DNA from: Mustelus asterias | Lineage: Eukaryota | DNA: 64,000 nucleotides | Assembly: GCF_964213995.1 (NCBI RefSeq) | Contig: NC_135818.1 | Coordinates: forward strand, 61,628,001 to 61,692,000 | Direction: 5' to 3' | Part shown: positions 35,831-49,597 of the stretch, piece after piece | How the letters are laid out: each line of letters starts with the position of its first letter | Position numbering within the stretch: the stretch's first letter is position 1 | The notes under the pieces: generated by a model | Databases searched by the model: none | Told to the model about the DNA's origin: nothing | What the model saw: only the letters and a program-made list of their open reading frames with translations | Translations under genes and position numbers: made by a program

Positions 35831-38376
35831 TTCAGATCAATTGGAAGGAAGCCAACATCATATCAAGAGCAGCTCAGTAGCAAAAACTCATTGACCATAA
35901 TAGAGCAGCCTTAAGAAATATTACCAGTCCTGAAGGGAGTTGATATTGTGTGTACAGCCGATTATTATTGTTTCAGGTTTCTGATTCCTCTACTCCCTAT
36001 TAATTAGCATGAAATGTATATTTAATCCAAGTATCCTATGGAGTAGAATTTCTGCAGGATTTCCAGGGAATTTACAATGGGAGATCAAGGAACCCTCACT
36101 CCCCCAAGACAATTTACCCCATGAAGTATACATCATGAAATGGAATCTTCTTTATGCTGAGTTGACCCCCAACAATCAGGAGCAGGGTCATCAGTCCCAT
36201 TCTGTAGACATGTGTGAGGCTCCTTACGCCTCACTCCCTCTATCCCCTTGCCTCCCCACGCTTCCCTCATCGCCATGCTACAATTTTCTCATGCCGGCTC
36301 ATCTAGTATCCACTCTGTACAGAATGCTTGAGCACTATAATAACCTTGGGAAGTCTTTGAGCTGCTCACAAAACTGTCAAAACAATCAGTCATTTAAAAA
36401 TCACTTCAAAAAAATAATCTTAGTGAGTGGCCATAAACCTGTCAAGCTAAAGAAACTCACATTCCCATTGCAACTGTATTAACAATGTCTGCTGAACTGA
36501 ATACATTAAAGGGATTTGGAACTCAGCCAAGTATTCATCATGAGATTCTATTGCACAACGGTGTCAACAAAACCTCCAGAGGTGAATATATTAAAGTCTG
36601 TGAAGTCATTGAAAGGATTCAGCCATCTGTTCAGAACTTGAAGCTGGGAAATAGAGCAGTCAATCAAAGAGCTCAGGCACAGGAAGCTGTAATTTTATGA
36701 ACAGATTAAATTGCAGGGGACAAATGACATAGTCAAATCTGAATATCAAATCCTTCAATGCAGAAGAACATTTTATCAGGTGCATAATAAATTCGAACGT
36801 AGCTGAAGATTTTCCCACTTGCACAATGCTGGTTGTTAGTAGAAGAGTAGGTGCAACTTTGCTAAACTGAAATACATGATACCTAGGCAAACACCATTTC
36901 AGAAGTTAACTGTTGGTTCCGCCTTTGAGTATCTATATTTATTTCCAGAGATGAGAACCCTGACATTTCAACCCCTCTTTTCCTGTGCAATTGACAGCTG
37001 TGGCCTGCTCAATTGTATCTGCTGTCCAGGCATCAGAATCTTTGAATTTGGTGAACTATGCCATTTGCGTTGCATTGTACCAGGAAACGGGGTGAGAACA
37101 GGAGCTTCAGGTTGGTTAAACCCAGGGTCCTCCTATTGCCTGACGGCCTCTGGACCCAAAATTCGTAGGCAAGGTTGCAAAAGAAGGTAAACAGCTTCTG
37201 TCTTCCATATGCCTCACACCCTGACTCCTGCCAGCCAGAGAGGGCTCTGGAAGCCTAACTTCACCCTCAAAAATGGGTGCCCTTCACTTGCAAGGAGAGC
37301 AAATGAAGTCTGGGGCAGAAATGCCCAGTGCCACTTCAAATCTACTGCTGCCCCTAGCTCTTCTGGTTACAATCTGAGCTCCACTGATTGGGGAGACTTC
37401 TGAATAAATATTGTAGAATGGGTTGCTTTGCCTCTCCCTAGCTCCTGACAATGAAAGGAATATTGGTTGCAACATTATCTGTGGAAGAATTTGGGGAAGC
37501 ATTTTCTAAATCTTCACCACTCCTATTCTGTGCTGCCATTTTGGATGCTGCATCACAGCAGCTCCCAACGTAAGGTGCGTGGGTCCAAGTTAAAGACTCG
37601 CCATTCAGTCATCTCTGAGGTTGTGGAAGCTGGACTCTGGCAATGTTAGGGGCTATCATCAAAATCACTGGTCTATTGTGGCTTCCGATTCGCGCTGTGT
37701 CTGAAAATAAGAGGCAGTTTTGCAGCAGATTGCAAACGTTGTATCTTTTTGGAGAAATATGAGCTTTGTGGAAGACAAAAACTGTTAATCATGGCATGTA
37801 AAACCAAGCTTTCTTGAGGATTCCAGTTCCTTTATTCATCTTTCCAGCTATATTTTTTATGATTTAGATCAGCTTGTGATCACAATGGCTAAAAGTTGAA
37901 TATAAGCAACTGAAGGAAGTTTGCAACCTTCAGGAGCTGGGTGGGCAACATCATGAGTAATCTTTATTGATGGCTATTGACTTTAGTTTGATAGCACTGC
38001 ACTGAAGATAACGACTTGTCCAATTACTGTCCAAACCATCCTTCAGTGATTGGATTCATGTCTGTATTCCAGATGGAGAGTTAAGCATTTCACAAATGTT
38101 GACATCAACAAGGAGAACAATATTCCTTTTGGTGACATTTATTAGGTTCTAATGAAAACAAGAGGTAATGTTGGTAATGTAATAAGAAATGTTCATTTTT
38201 CATACCTTGCTTTTATTCTATCAAAAATACCAGATATGTCAAATAAATTATTTCAGAAGATGATATGTTGATAGACAGGATATGAATAATTTAAGACATG
38301 ACAAGTGGCAAGTATGGGATACTTGAGAGGATAAAGTGATTTTCTCTCATGCATCATTAAATGCTTGCTAATTAGG

Positions 38377-38708
38377 GGAGGCACAGTGGCACAGTGGTTA
38401 GCACTGCTGCCTCACAGTGCCAAGGACCTGGGTTCGATTCCCGGCTTGGGTCACTTACTGTGTGGAGTTTGTATGTTTTCCCTGTGTCTGCGTGAGTTTC
38501 CTGTGGGTGCTCCGGTTTCCTCCCACAATCCAAAGATATGTGTGTCAGGTTGATTGGCCAAGCTAACTTGCCCCTTAGTGTTAGGGGGATCAGCAGGGTA
38601 AATATGTAGGGTCAAGGGGATAGAGCCTAGGTGGGATTGTGGCCGGAGCAGTCTCGATGGGCCGAATGGCCTCCTTCTGCACTGTAGGGATTCTACATGA
38701 TTCTATGA
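38377..38708 (+). mobile_element. HE1-type V-SINE with 5' extension shared with the 49275 copy
   Basis: Full-length HE1; upstream about 160-220 bp homologous to 49040-49274. Confidence 0.9.
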
Positions 38709-38744
38709 TCTGCTCTGAGGATGTCCTGTACTCAATTTATCATA

Positions 38745-38850
38745 ACAAGCAAGAACGCTTGGATTAAACTCAGCAGGTGTGGTGGCACCTGTGGAGAGAG
38801 AAACAGAGTTAATGCTTCGAGTCCATACAACCCTTTCTCAGAACTGAAGA
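38745..38850 (-). mobile_element. Short PLE-derived pseudo-LTR, second family, degenerate hammerhead
   Basis: Minus strand agtt-CTGAGAA-agggttgtatggactc-GAAG-catt-aact. Confidence 0.55.
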
Positions 38851-39544
38851 GAGGTAGAAATTGGATTGATGCTCAAATAAATATTTACCAAAGCTGCAGA
38901 CAGATCCTTAAACCCTCTGCTTAATCACTTATCAAAGAACCGTATGGGATTTACAACCCGTTCCATGTCTAGGAGCACATGATGCTAACATTATGCTTGC
39001 CAAGCCGCCTTACATTAAACATTTCTGATTATATTTACATTTGCCTTACCAAACTCCAATTATGATACACACAAGCTGTTCAGTGAATGAAATGACACGT
39101 ACTTGCCAATGCATCAAAGAGTCAGAAAACAGATCATGTGCTAGCAATCGTTTATCCACTTCAGAATCATAATTAGCAACAACTAACTTAAACGTTAAGC
39201 ATTTGGTGGATTGGATTATATAATTAGTAGATAAGGTTAACTGATTAAATGAATAAGAGGGTCCACAAAAGCAGTTCAGAGATGTCACAGTAACTCAGCA
39301 TCAATGAGTTGTTAATTATCAATTTATAGTCATGATCTGTGCCTCTGAACGGTATGATTGGTGAGATTACATAATTAAGGATTAGGTTCCTTAGATAGAT
39401 TAACTGTTCGGGAAGTAAGTCTATTGGATAATTTAGTGTATACATGCTGGTCGTTGATGCTGACAGCACCCAGCTCTGACTACCACCACCTCTCTCAACC
39501 CCTGCACTGTCAGGTTGTTCAATCACCTGAATGCTGGAGTAAGA

Positions 39545-41160
39545 TCATAACACCATACAAAATTGGAACAGGAGGAGGCCCTTTGAGCCTGCTCCACCAT
39601 TTAATAGGGTCATGGGCGATCTACCACTCACTAAGTCCACTTTCCTGCTTTCTCTCCGTAACTCTTAATTCCCCTACTGATTAAAAACCTATTGATCTCA
39701 ACCTTGAAAACGTTCAAGGATTCAGCCTCCTGGGGTAAAGAATTCCAAAGATTCACCACTCTTAGACAGAATGAATTCTTCCTCAAATCCGTATTACATG
39801 AGTTTCTGGTCCTACATTGTCCCTTGAATGGAAACATCCTCTTAACATTTACCCTGTCTAACCCCCTAAGAATCTTATATATTTCAATCACATCACCTTT
39901 CATTTTTCTGAACTCCAAGGAATACAGACCCATTCTGTTTAATCTTTCCTCATATGGCAGTCCCTCCATACCCGGGATCATCCCAGTAAACCTCCTTTGT
40001 ATTGCCTCCATTGATAATATATCTTTCCTTAAACAAGGGGACCAAAACTGTACATAGTATTCTAAATGTGGCCTCACCAGTTCCCTGTACAGTTGTAGCA
40101 ACACTTCTTCACTTTTATACTCCAACCCCCATGAAATAAAAGCCTAGCATTCCACATGCTTCCTTATTACCTTCCGCATCTGTATGCTAGTTTTCTGGGT
40201 TTCATGAACACGGATGGCCAAGTCCCTTCATGCTACAACTTTCTGCAGTCTCTCTCCATTTAAATAATAATCTGCCTTTTCATTCCTTCTTCCAAAATAA
40301 ACAATCTCACATTTTCCCACTTGTTAAGACCCAGGCCAGAAACACCAAGATATTTTGTGCAGTTAGCCTAGACCCTATATTTTACATTTGATTTTGGCAT
40401 TTTGTGAGCATAAAGTGTTTCACTCCAGGTATGAATCAAGTGACCTTAAGAACACAGTGAGAATACAATAAAAAGAATTAGCATAACTTTTATCAATTAC
40501 AAGACTTAAACATGACACAGTTTAACTCCTAACAGCTAGCTATCTCTGTTGTTCCAAGTTAAACACCATCCCACAGGCATACACCCTTCTTTAGACTTGG
40601 TGCAGAAACAAGTATGCCCATGTGATGCTGGATTTTTAGCTTTTTTCAAACAGCTGGACAGAAATCCAAGACAGCTGATTGCAGGGAAGGATACATCCTC
40701 AAAACGCCAAACTTCAGAGAGGGAAACTTAATCTCTCGCAGCTTCCAACACAGTAACACATGAACCTAATTCTCTGGTGATGGTGACTGTATTTAAATCC
40801 TCCCGCATATTTTCTCCTGTTTCTGGATGCTTGTGGTATCTCTACAGTAAAGACCAATGCAAAATATCTCTTTAAGTCTTCTGCTGTTTCTTTCTTCCCC
40901 ATAATTACTTCTCCAGGTTCATTCTCCAAGGGGCCAATTCTTTCTTTTACTTTTCTCTTCCTTAAAAAACATTTTATTTGCTGTTTTTATGTTCCTCATT
41001 GATTTGTCCTCATAGTTCATTTTCTCCTTCCTGATTTTTTTAATTCATCTATAGATTCCGAATCCATCTCACTCTTCCGGCCTACACTAACCTTTGTCAT
41101 CTTTTATGTTTCCGCTTTCAGCTTAATAACTTCCTTAACTTCCTTCGTTCTCTATAATAG
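39545..41160 (-). mobile_element. CR1 LINE fragments with a nested LTR piece
   Basis: ORFs 39631-40125 and 40714-40929. Confidence 0.88.
40322..40760 (-). mobile_element. Partial LTR related to 5813-6479
   Basis: Starts tgttaagacccaggccagaaacaccaagata, similar to the reverse complement of the 6479 end. Confidence 0.6.
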
Positions 41161-41254
41161 GTTCTTCCTTCCTTTAGAGTCTCCCTTTAATGATGGTCAA
41201 CACTGACCTTTCCACTATCATTACCACCACGAAATAGGGCTGGGATGATCTAAT

Positions 41255-41499
41255 GTAGCTCTTGTCTGCACCTGTAAAGACTTGATTACCTGTTAAGACT
41301 CGCATTCCAACCATTATCTTGTAATTGAGTTTGTGTCTACATATGCCCTGTTTGTGAACCCAATCCTCCACTCACCTGATGAAGGGGCAGCACTCCGAAA
41401 GCTCGTGCTACCAAATAAACCTGTTGGACTTTAACCTGGTGTTGTGAGACTTCTTACTGTGCCTATCGCTGTCAACACCAGCATCTCCACATCATGGCC
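41255..41499 (+). mobile_element. Penelope pseudo-LTR including the full 3' tail
   Basis: Homologous to 2190-2407 and continues through ...catctccacatcatgg. Confidence 0.88.
41373..41407 (+). ncRNA. Minimal hammerhead ribozyme
   Basis: cac-CTGATGA-a-gggg/ctcc-GAAA-gc-TC-gtg. Confidence 0.82.
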
Positions 41500-43051
41500 A
41501 CCCAAGTCAGGCAAAGGTCTACTTTAAAAGAAAGAATGTGGTAGTCTGTTGGTGTTATCGACGCTGCAAGGGAATTTTAACTCACTGAAGTGGGGGCTTG
41601 CCCAACTTGGAACCCAAGAGTAGAACCTGCTGTGATTTAAATTCTGATTGACCCACTGATATAGTATAAATGATACACAATATCTTCTCATTTTCTGTTT
41701 TATCCTGGTGGATCAACACTTTCTATGATTTTAATGTTGTTTTAAAAGAGTATAGTTAACTGGCAGTTGAGTTTGTTACAAAGCGAATTGACCCAATTTT
41801 CAGGCTGCCCACACCGTAAAATGCTTGGTGCAGGTGGATGGGTGGGAGTGGGGAGCCTGCTTTTGAAAGGTGGGAGGGTAAGGGGGTCATGGCCACAGCA
41901 TTCTGGATGTGTGCTTTGCACATTGGGGGCACCTCTCCCAAGATGTTACTCCACCCTTGTTACTCCCCGCCTGGCCTCCAACTGATGCCTCCCCCACCCC
42001 CTCCCCCCACGCCCTAGGCTGCTCAATCCCTCTCCACACTATATGCCCAGGACTTACCTTTTTCTATGATCCATCAAAGCCCACAACTTGGTTCTGGTGC
42101 TGCTGGGACTGCTGGAGCTGTTGGCCAATCAGATTGGCCAGCAGATCTCGAGGGTGGGCCTTCCTACCACTGAGGGGGGCAGGTCCCGTCTCAGCCTGCC
42201 TCGCCCTCCGGTGGCACATTATCACTGCAGGGTATCTGCTTCTGGCCAACTGTTGCGATGGGGAGGAATGGTGATGGTGAACAACATGCTCCCCCCACTT
42301 CCGTGAAATTCAACCCTCTAAGTCTATCTGAGATCCTACCCACACCAAACCTCCCATCACCTTGTACTTATGTTGGAGACCATTCCCTCAGATTCTGGGT
42401 AGTGTTTGCCTCCTATTCCAGTTCCCAGCCGTAGCTGTTGTCAGCAACATTATTCTTGGGGGGGAGGCAGGTTTGAGAAATGTAAACACGGGCTAGAAGT
42501 TAAAATTGTTCCTCTTTCACGTCTCTGAGTGTGCAATCTGCTTCGAGCTCCCTATGCAATGATGCTGCCTTGAGTTAAAATTCACCCCAATTATTTCACA
42601 GTTCACCTTTTGTCATTAAACATAGTCCCATGTATTTTGATATATGGTTGGAATCAAATTACTCATTGCCTTATATGTGTAAACCTTGCATTCTCATAGT
42701 TTCCTCATTCCATTCTTTCCAGGACTTCAAAGTTGTGGAAGATTTGCTTTGTTCAGTCCTCCCTTCGTCTGGCAAAGCCTTTAAGCCATACTAGGCACCT
42801 GCTTATGGTTTTAATTCTCTTGCATCCCACTCTTCTCTGCCTTGGTGGTCCCCTGCACCATAGTCCTCAGTCCGTTAATTGGAATTTTGAATTGAAATAA
42901 AAATATTGTAAATATATTTGTTGCTTTGTGGTACCACTGTGACACATCAGAACTTTTATGTGATGTCTTTGAGTTGGGTTGGAGGATAACATTCTTGTCT
43001 GACTGCAAAATAGAGATTCAACTGGCGCTGTATTTCCCTTATAGAGGCTTT

Positions 43052-43470
43052 AGGAACATAGGAAGGAACATAGGATCATAGGAAGAGAAGTAGGCAAATT
43101 CAGCCCTTCAAGCCTGCTCCGCCATTCAATCAGATCATGGTCTCAAATCCACCTCACCCATCTGTTGCCCAGATCCCTTTATCCTGTTCTTTATTAGAAA
43201 TATATCTATTTCCTTCTTGAAACCATTCAATGATTCAGACTCCATCGTGCTACGGGGCAGCGACTTGCACAAATTCACTACCCTCTGCGAGAAGTAGTTC
43301 CTCCTTATCTCAGTGTTCAATCCATTGCCTCGCAACCTATACCTGTGACCTCTTGTTTGAGATTGCCCCATAAGAGGAAACATTTGGTCTACATTTACTC
43401 TATCAATCCCTTAAAAATTTTTGTCTAACCTCGATCAGATCCCCTTTCATCCTTCTAAACTCCAGCGGGT
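43052..43470 (-). mobile_element. CR1 LINE 3' end
   Basis: ORF 43135-43383 (YFSQRVVNL) plus tail repeats. Confidence 0.88.
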
Positions 43471-44185
43471 ACATCTAAACTGCTAAACTGGGTCTGTGAA
43501 GCGGGTGCATCCTAGCCGTGGTATTTAAATGACTCAAGAGGACTTTTGCATCTCGTTGCAGAAAAATTTAAGAAAGACTGACAAGAACCAGTTGGTACAA
43601 TTGAGTTCTTTATATGGAACCAGAAACAGAGTCAGGCCCAGTGCACAAAACAACAAACTAACTCTAAGAAGCGAAGTCTCACACAGGTTGTGTCTGGGGT
43701 GGAATTGGATGCTTTCCACAGAATTATTATAAGATATTTTGTCTTTGTTACGCTATCCCTCTACCATGCACCTTGCATGAGTTTCAGGTTTATTTTTATC
43801 ATAGAGGTGATGCTTATTGATGGGTGTGGAAATTAAGTTACAGCAACTATGGCAGACAGCTCTGTCACCAAGAATGTAAAGTGCTTATGTGCAGACCAGG
43901 CCTGGGTGAGGTCAGTGGTTGCTTATTCAGAGAAGTGATTGATCTAATCTTGTGTCAGTTTCTTAAACACTGAGTTCCTGGCCGTGGCTGTGACCAGGGG
44001 ATGAACCAAAACAAGTTCACAAACTCATACAAAAGCAAGATATAGTGACATATTATGTTAATGATGGATTAGAAGGAGACAGTTTTCTATTGGATAAGAA
44101 AGGACAAAAAGCTATGCTATGATTGGTGGACTATATATGTAAATTAAGGATTAGAATGCTGCTCGTTTTTCATTTGCTGTAATAA

Positions 44186-44513
44186 ATCATAGAATAGAAT
44201 CATAGAATCGCAACAGTGCAGAAGGAGGCCATTCGGCCCATTGAGTCTGCACCAACCACCCAGGCCCTATTCCCGCTACCCCATACACTTATCTTGCTAG
44301 TCCCCCTGGCACTGGGGTCAATTTTGCATGGCCAATCAACCTAACCTGCATATCTTTGGACTGTGGGAGGAAACTGGAGCACCCGGAGGAAACCTATACA
44401 GACATGGGGAGAACATGCAGACTCCACACAGACAGTGACCCAAGCCGGGAATCGAACCCGGGTTCCTGGCATTGTGAGGCAGCAGTGCTAACCACTGTGC
44501 CACCGTGCTGCCC
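44186..44513 (-). mobile_element. HE1-type V-SINE
   Basis: Similar to other copies. Confidence 0.9.
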
Positions 44514-45504
44514 CAACTATAACTGCAATCATCTGTATTAATCAACGGAACACCTAGCAGTGTATCCACTGTATGTGTGTTCTCCTTGCACGCAAGTAAT
44601 AAAGTTTGGAAGATTGAATACTCTTAGTGCCATAGCGTTGATTGTACCCAAGTCGACGACATGGGTATGCATTAACCCAGATAAGTTGCTTCCCCATTTT
44701 CCCTTGGTGGTACCTAGGACAGGTGACATTCTTGTGCCCAAAGGTTATCTCAGTCTAAGTTGTCAGTCTTTTTATGTTCATTTGTCAACTCCTGCTATTT
44801 GTCACAAACTGTTACTCATGTACCCATGTCTGGTCTCAGACACAAGTTTCGGTAAGGCATTGGTGTCACTCATGCCACCTTCGCAGCTGTGCACTTTTCC
44901 CTTCCTGGGAGGAAATAGTTTGTCTTGTTTCCATGTCTTTTCTTCACGCTTCAAGAGCCTTTTATTCAAAAAAATATAGGCTACCAAGCTAAAAACATTT
45001 TTTGAATCCTGATTATATGTATCTAGGTTCAATGACATGTTGCTAACTGCGTAATTGTCTGGTTAACTGAATAGAAAATTTGATTAATTATACAAAGTAG
45101 ATATTTCGAGATGGTCTTTTCAAAGTGAAGGAGCTAATTTTGAATGAATGTTGGGTGTCTCAAATCCCTTACATCTGTGAGACCAGGCAAGGTTGTTTGA
45201 TTTGTAACTTCTTAGATTTTGGAGGCTGGTTTCGCTTCAATTAAGTTGTGCTCAGTTAAAAATTAATGAACCCTGCATAAACAGAAAGTGGGGGCAATGT
45301 TAACTCTTGGTGATGGTGTAAAGTAAATAATATTGGATCAGCCACTTCCTGATTTTCAGAGGTGCATAAAATGATATATATAACTATATCAAAAGTAATA
45401 AGATGCCCCCAATATGTGATCCTCCACTTGTCATCCGTTGTGTTTTTGGTCCTGTCTGAGCAACAGTTGACTCATTAGGACTTTTGATCTGAAACATACA
45501 TTCA

Positions 45505-45848
45505 CAGAATAGAAGCATAGACTCGCTATAGTGCAGAAGGAGGCCATTCAGCCTATCGAGTCTGCACTGACTCTCTGACAGAGTATGTTTCCCCACCCTA
45601 TCGCCGTGACCCCACACATTTACCTTAGCTAATCCCCCTGACCTACGCATCTTAGGACACTAAGGGACAATTCAGCAACTAACCCGCACATCTTTGGACT
45701 GTGGGAGGAAACTGGAGCACCCGGAGGAAACCCACACAGACACGGGGCGAATGTGCAAACTCCACACAGTCACCCAAGGCTGGAATTGAACCCGGATCCT
45801 TGGTGCTGTGAGGCAGCAGTGCTAACCACTATGCCACCGTGTCGCCCC
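45505..45848 (-). mobile_element. HE1-type V-SINE
   Basis: Similar to other copies. Confidence 0.88.
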
Positions 45849-45893
45849 ATACATTGTCAACTTTTAAATACTTTCCATTTAACCTAGAAATCT

Positions 45894-46020
45894 GGGTCAG
45901 GATTTTCCAGTCTCCAAATTCCCGCTGAAAGTCAATGGACATTTTGCTGGGTCACCAAGTTTTCCAACCCGCCTAAAACAGGGAAATCCCGCTGTAAATG
46001 AGACTGGAAAATCCCGGCCC
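45894..46020. mobile_element. MITE, about 127 bp
   Basis: TIRs gggtcaggattttccagtctc / gagactggaaaatcccggccc; related to 61940-62062. Confidence 0.75.
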
Positions 46021-46158
46021 TGGTGTCAAGATTAATAATTTGCCATAATCTGTTCAAAACTTTGCATTTGAAGATTTATAAAAAATATCATTTTTAGGGA
46101 TGAGTATTGTAATTCAGGACTTTTATCTTACTTATTGTGAAATATTAAACATTTAATA

Positions 46159-46932
46159 GGCACAATTTTACAGTCCCCCACTGGCAGGTTTGCAGGTAGG
46201 AGAGTCCATTAAACTCCCTGGGTGGTCATCTTCATGCCCATATGTTTACAATTGTACGTGGGGTGGGTAAGGCCTAGGGCTCACCTTCAGCCGAGCTGAG
46301 GTCTTTTAGTGGCCAAATTTGAGGCTGGTGGGAGAGGTTCAGGGGCAGGTGTGGGGATGTGAGCAGGTTACCTTGCTCAGGCCTTCAGCAGGCAGGTGGG
46401 CGAAGTTGTGATCCTCAAGGGCCCTCTTTTGACTTATGAGTACCCACTCCCACAAAAGATCTGCACTCTGTGGGTGCTTCCTCCCCCGCTGACCCCTCCA
46501 TCAAGACCCCAACCCTCCTTTCTCCAACCTCTCCCCCACCCCCCAGTACCCACCCCTTCCCTGACTGGAGCCTCACCTACCCTTCCCACCATGAGATACC
46601 CACACTTACCTGAGCCTCACCTACCCTTCCCATCGTGAGACATCCACACTTATCTGGTCCTGAACTCCAGGCCTTAGAATGTCGTGAATCCTTCCAGTTC
46701 CAGTGTCCTTGCCACTGGTGCTCCTGGGACTACCGAGCTGGATAGTCAGATCAGCTGACAGCTCCCTGAGAAACACTTCCACCCAGATGAGGGGTGGTAG
46801 GCCCATTTCCGGCCAGTTAACATTCCTCGGAGCATTAAGCAGCTGTGGGGCTACCGTGATCACTGGGGATAAATTCTCCACTAGCTCTTCAGGTGATGGA
46901 GCAAGAAACTCCATCATCCAAAAAATTGTGCC
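46159..46932. mobile_element. Non-autonomous TIR element
   Basis: TIRs ggcacaatttt / aaaattgtgcc with taata on both flanks; interior resembles 41790-42318 and 16300-16900. Confidence 0.65.
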
Positions 46933-46989
46933 TAATATTTTTCTGTGTCCCACTGCTCACTACGTGTTACTCTATTTGTAAGCAAGTTT

Positions 46990-47279
46990 AAAATTTATTT
47001 ATTAGTGTCACAAGTAGGCTTACATTAGCACTGCAATGAAGTTACTGTGAAAATCCCCTAGTCGCCACACTCCGGCGCCTGTTCGGGTACACTGAGGGAG
47101 AATTTAGCATGGCCAATGCACCTAACCAGCACGTCTTTTGGACTGTGGGAAGAAACTGGGGCACTGGGGGGAAACCTAAGTTGCAGACTCCGCGCGGACA
47201 GTGACCCAAGTCGGGAATCAAACCTGGGTCCCTGGCGCTGTGAAGCAACAGTGCGAACTGCTGTGCCACTGTGCTGCCC
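46990..47279 (-). mobile_element. HE1-head SINE with alternative tail
   Basis: Same tail as 34745; flanked by gtaagcaag repeats. Confidence 0.88.
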
Positions 47280-48147
47280 GTAAGCAAGCTTGTAAGCAAG
47301 TTTATCTATTTTGTCTTATATACATTGATCCGTCAGCATGAATTTGGCCAAAGAGGTAAACATAGGACAGTTTGAGCTATCCGTGGTGACTGATATTCCA
47401 TAAACGTGTGATTGTGCACGGTATCGCGGACACAGCAGGCAGAAGAATGACAGTTCTGCTCAGTGGAAAGTCAGCCTACTTTCGCAAATTGCTGTGGACA
47501 CAAGATAAAGGAGTTGGCTGGAAGCCTGAAACGTAACAACTGTCTTTGTTTTAGGCCTTGATGCAGTTCTTAAATTTAAAACCACAATTTTATTATAACT
47601 TTTTTTTGATAATTGACTGGCATCCTCTCCTGAAATTGCTGGAACAAATACATAACTTTGAATAATAACACTAATCTGCTTATATCACATTATATTCTCC
47701 AAGGTGAAGCAACACAGTACGAAGATAAAGGCAAACTTATTAACCTGAGTCATTGGAAGGTGGAATGTTGCTGACAATAATCTTTCAATGATATGCATAT
47801 TGGATATTATCTACAGGCAAGGAATGAGAACAACATTCAGAGCTGCATGATAAATGGATTAGCCTGGAATGTAGTATGATCTGCTCATTTTGATTAGACT
47901 GCCTTCGGTGCTGTTTACAGGGGTCTGCCATCCTATACACTTACTTCAATGGCAGACAATTATTCAGCTCGCGTTTAAATGTTAAATAGGGCAACCAGAT
48001 ATTGCACTTGCATATCTTAACATAGACTAGCTAAAACCATATTACAAGTCATACTCCATCATTTCTCCTTTTCTATTCTGGTGGGTTTATAATTCTTAAG
48101 GCAGAAGGGCTTCTATTTAAAGGATGACCTCTGCTATCATATTAGGG

Positions 48148-48422
48148 GGGGCACGGTAGCACAGTAGTTAACAGTGCTGCCTCACAGCGCCAGGGACCTG
48201 GGTTCGATTACTGGTTTGGGCCACTGTCTGTGTGGAGTCTGCACATTCTCCCTGTGTCTGCATGGGTTTTCTCCAGGTGCTCCAGTTTCCTCCCACATTC
48301 TGAAAGACGTGCTGGTTAGATGCATTGACCCGAACAGGTGCTGGCCTGTGGCGACTAGGGGAATTTCACAGTAACTTCATTGCCGTGTTAATGTAACCCT
48401 TACTTGTGACTAATAAATAAAC
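48148..48422 (+). mobile_element. HE1-head SINE with alternative tail
   Basis: Same tail as 34745. Confidence 0.88.
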
Positions 48423-48764
48423 ATGTTTTACTTTTAATTTCAAAAGAGTGAGGGTTGAGCATCATAATCGTATATATTTGATACTGGTATTAAAATGTTT
48501 CGATGGTTAGGATCCCAATGGGTGACGAAACAGACATTGCAACAGGAAAGGTAACTCAGATTTCTTGATGATTATGTTGCGTACTCAATTATTTTTTAAA
48601 CCTACCTTGCTAATAATGCTTTATTGGAGTGGAAATTCGCGTTGGTATCTGGAGTATATCCCATTTCCAAATTGAGCAGAATTCTTTATTTCCTACTCAT
48701 TAACCTACTTTTATCCATGACGTTTTTCAAGGTATGATACTTTTGCATCAGCCCTCCTGTGATA

Positions 48765-49040
48765 TCATAGAATCATAGAATCCTACAGTGCAGAAGGAGG
48801 CCATTCAGCCCATCAATTCTGCACCGACCACAATCCCACCCAGGACCTATCCCCATAACCCCATGCATTTATCCTAGCTAGTCCCCCTGACACTAAGGTC
48901 AATTTAGCATGGTCAATCCACCTAACCCGCACATCTTTGGACTATGGAAGGAAACCAGAGCACCTGGAGGAAACCCACGCAGACACGGGGAGAATGTGCA
49001 AACTCCACACAGACAGTGACCTGAGCCGGGATTCGAACCT
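48765..49040 (-). mobile_element. HE1-type V-SINE, head truncated
   Basis: Similarity stops at the B box. Confidence 0.88.
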
Positions 49041-49274
49041 AATGAAATATTTTCTGCAAATCCACATGACTACAGCTGCTTTGATAGCACAGGTAAAGGA
49101 AATTCATTTCTTTATAAAAAATACTAGATTTGTCAAACAAATTATTTCAGAAGATGATATCTTGATGTACAAGATATGAGTGATTTGAGACTTGACAAGT
49201 GACAAATGTCGGATACTTGAGAGGATAAGGTGATTTTTTTTTTTCTCATGCATCACTAAATGTTTGCTAATTAG

Positions 49275-49597
49275 GGGCAGCACAGGAGTACAGTGGTTAG
49301 CGCTGCTGCCTCACAGCGCCAGGGACCTGGGTTCAATTCTGGCCTTGGGTGACTGTGGGAGTTTGCATGTTCTCCCTGTGTCCGTGTGGGTTTTCTCTGG
49401 GTGTTCCAGCTTCCTCCCACACTCCAAAGATGTGCAGGTTAGATTGATAGGCCATGATAAATTGCCCCTTAGTGTCAGGGAAATTGGAGGGTAAATAAGT
49501 GGGGTTACAGCGATAGGAACTGGATGGAATTGTTATTGGTGTAGACTGGATGGGCTGAATGATCTCCTTCTGCACAGTAGGGATTCTATAATTCTAT
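49275..49597 (+). mobile_element. HE1-type V-SINE with shared 5' extension
   Basis: See 38377. Confidence 0.88.
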
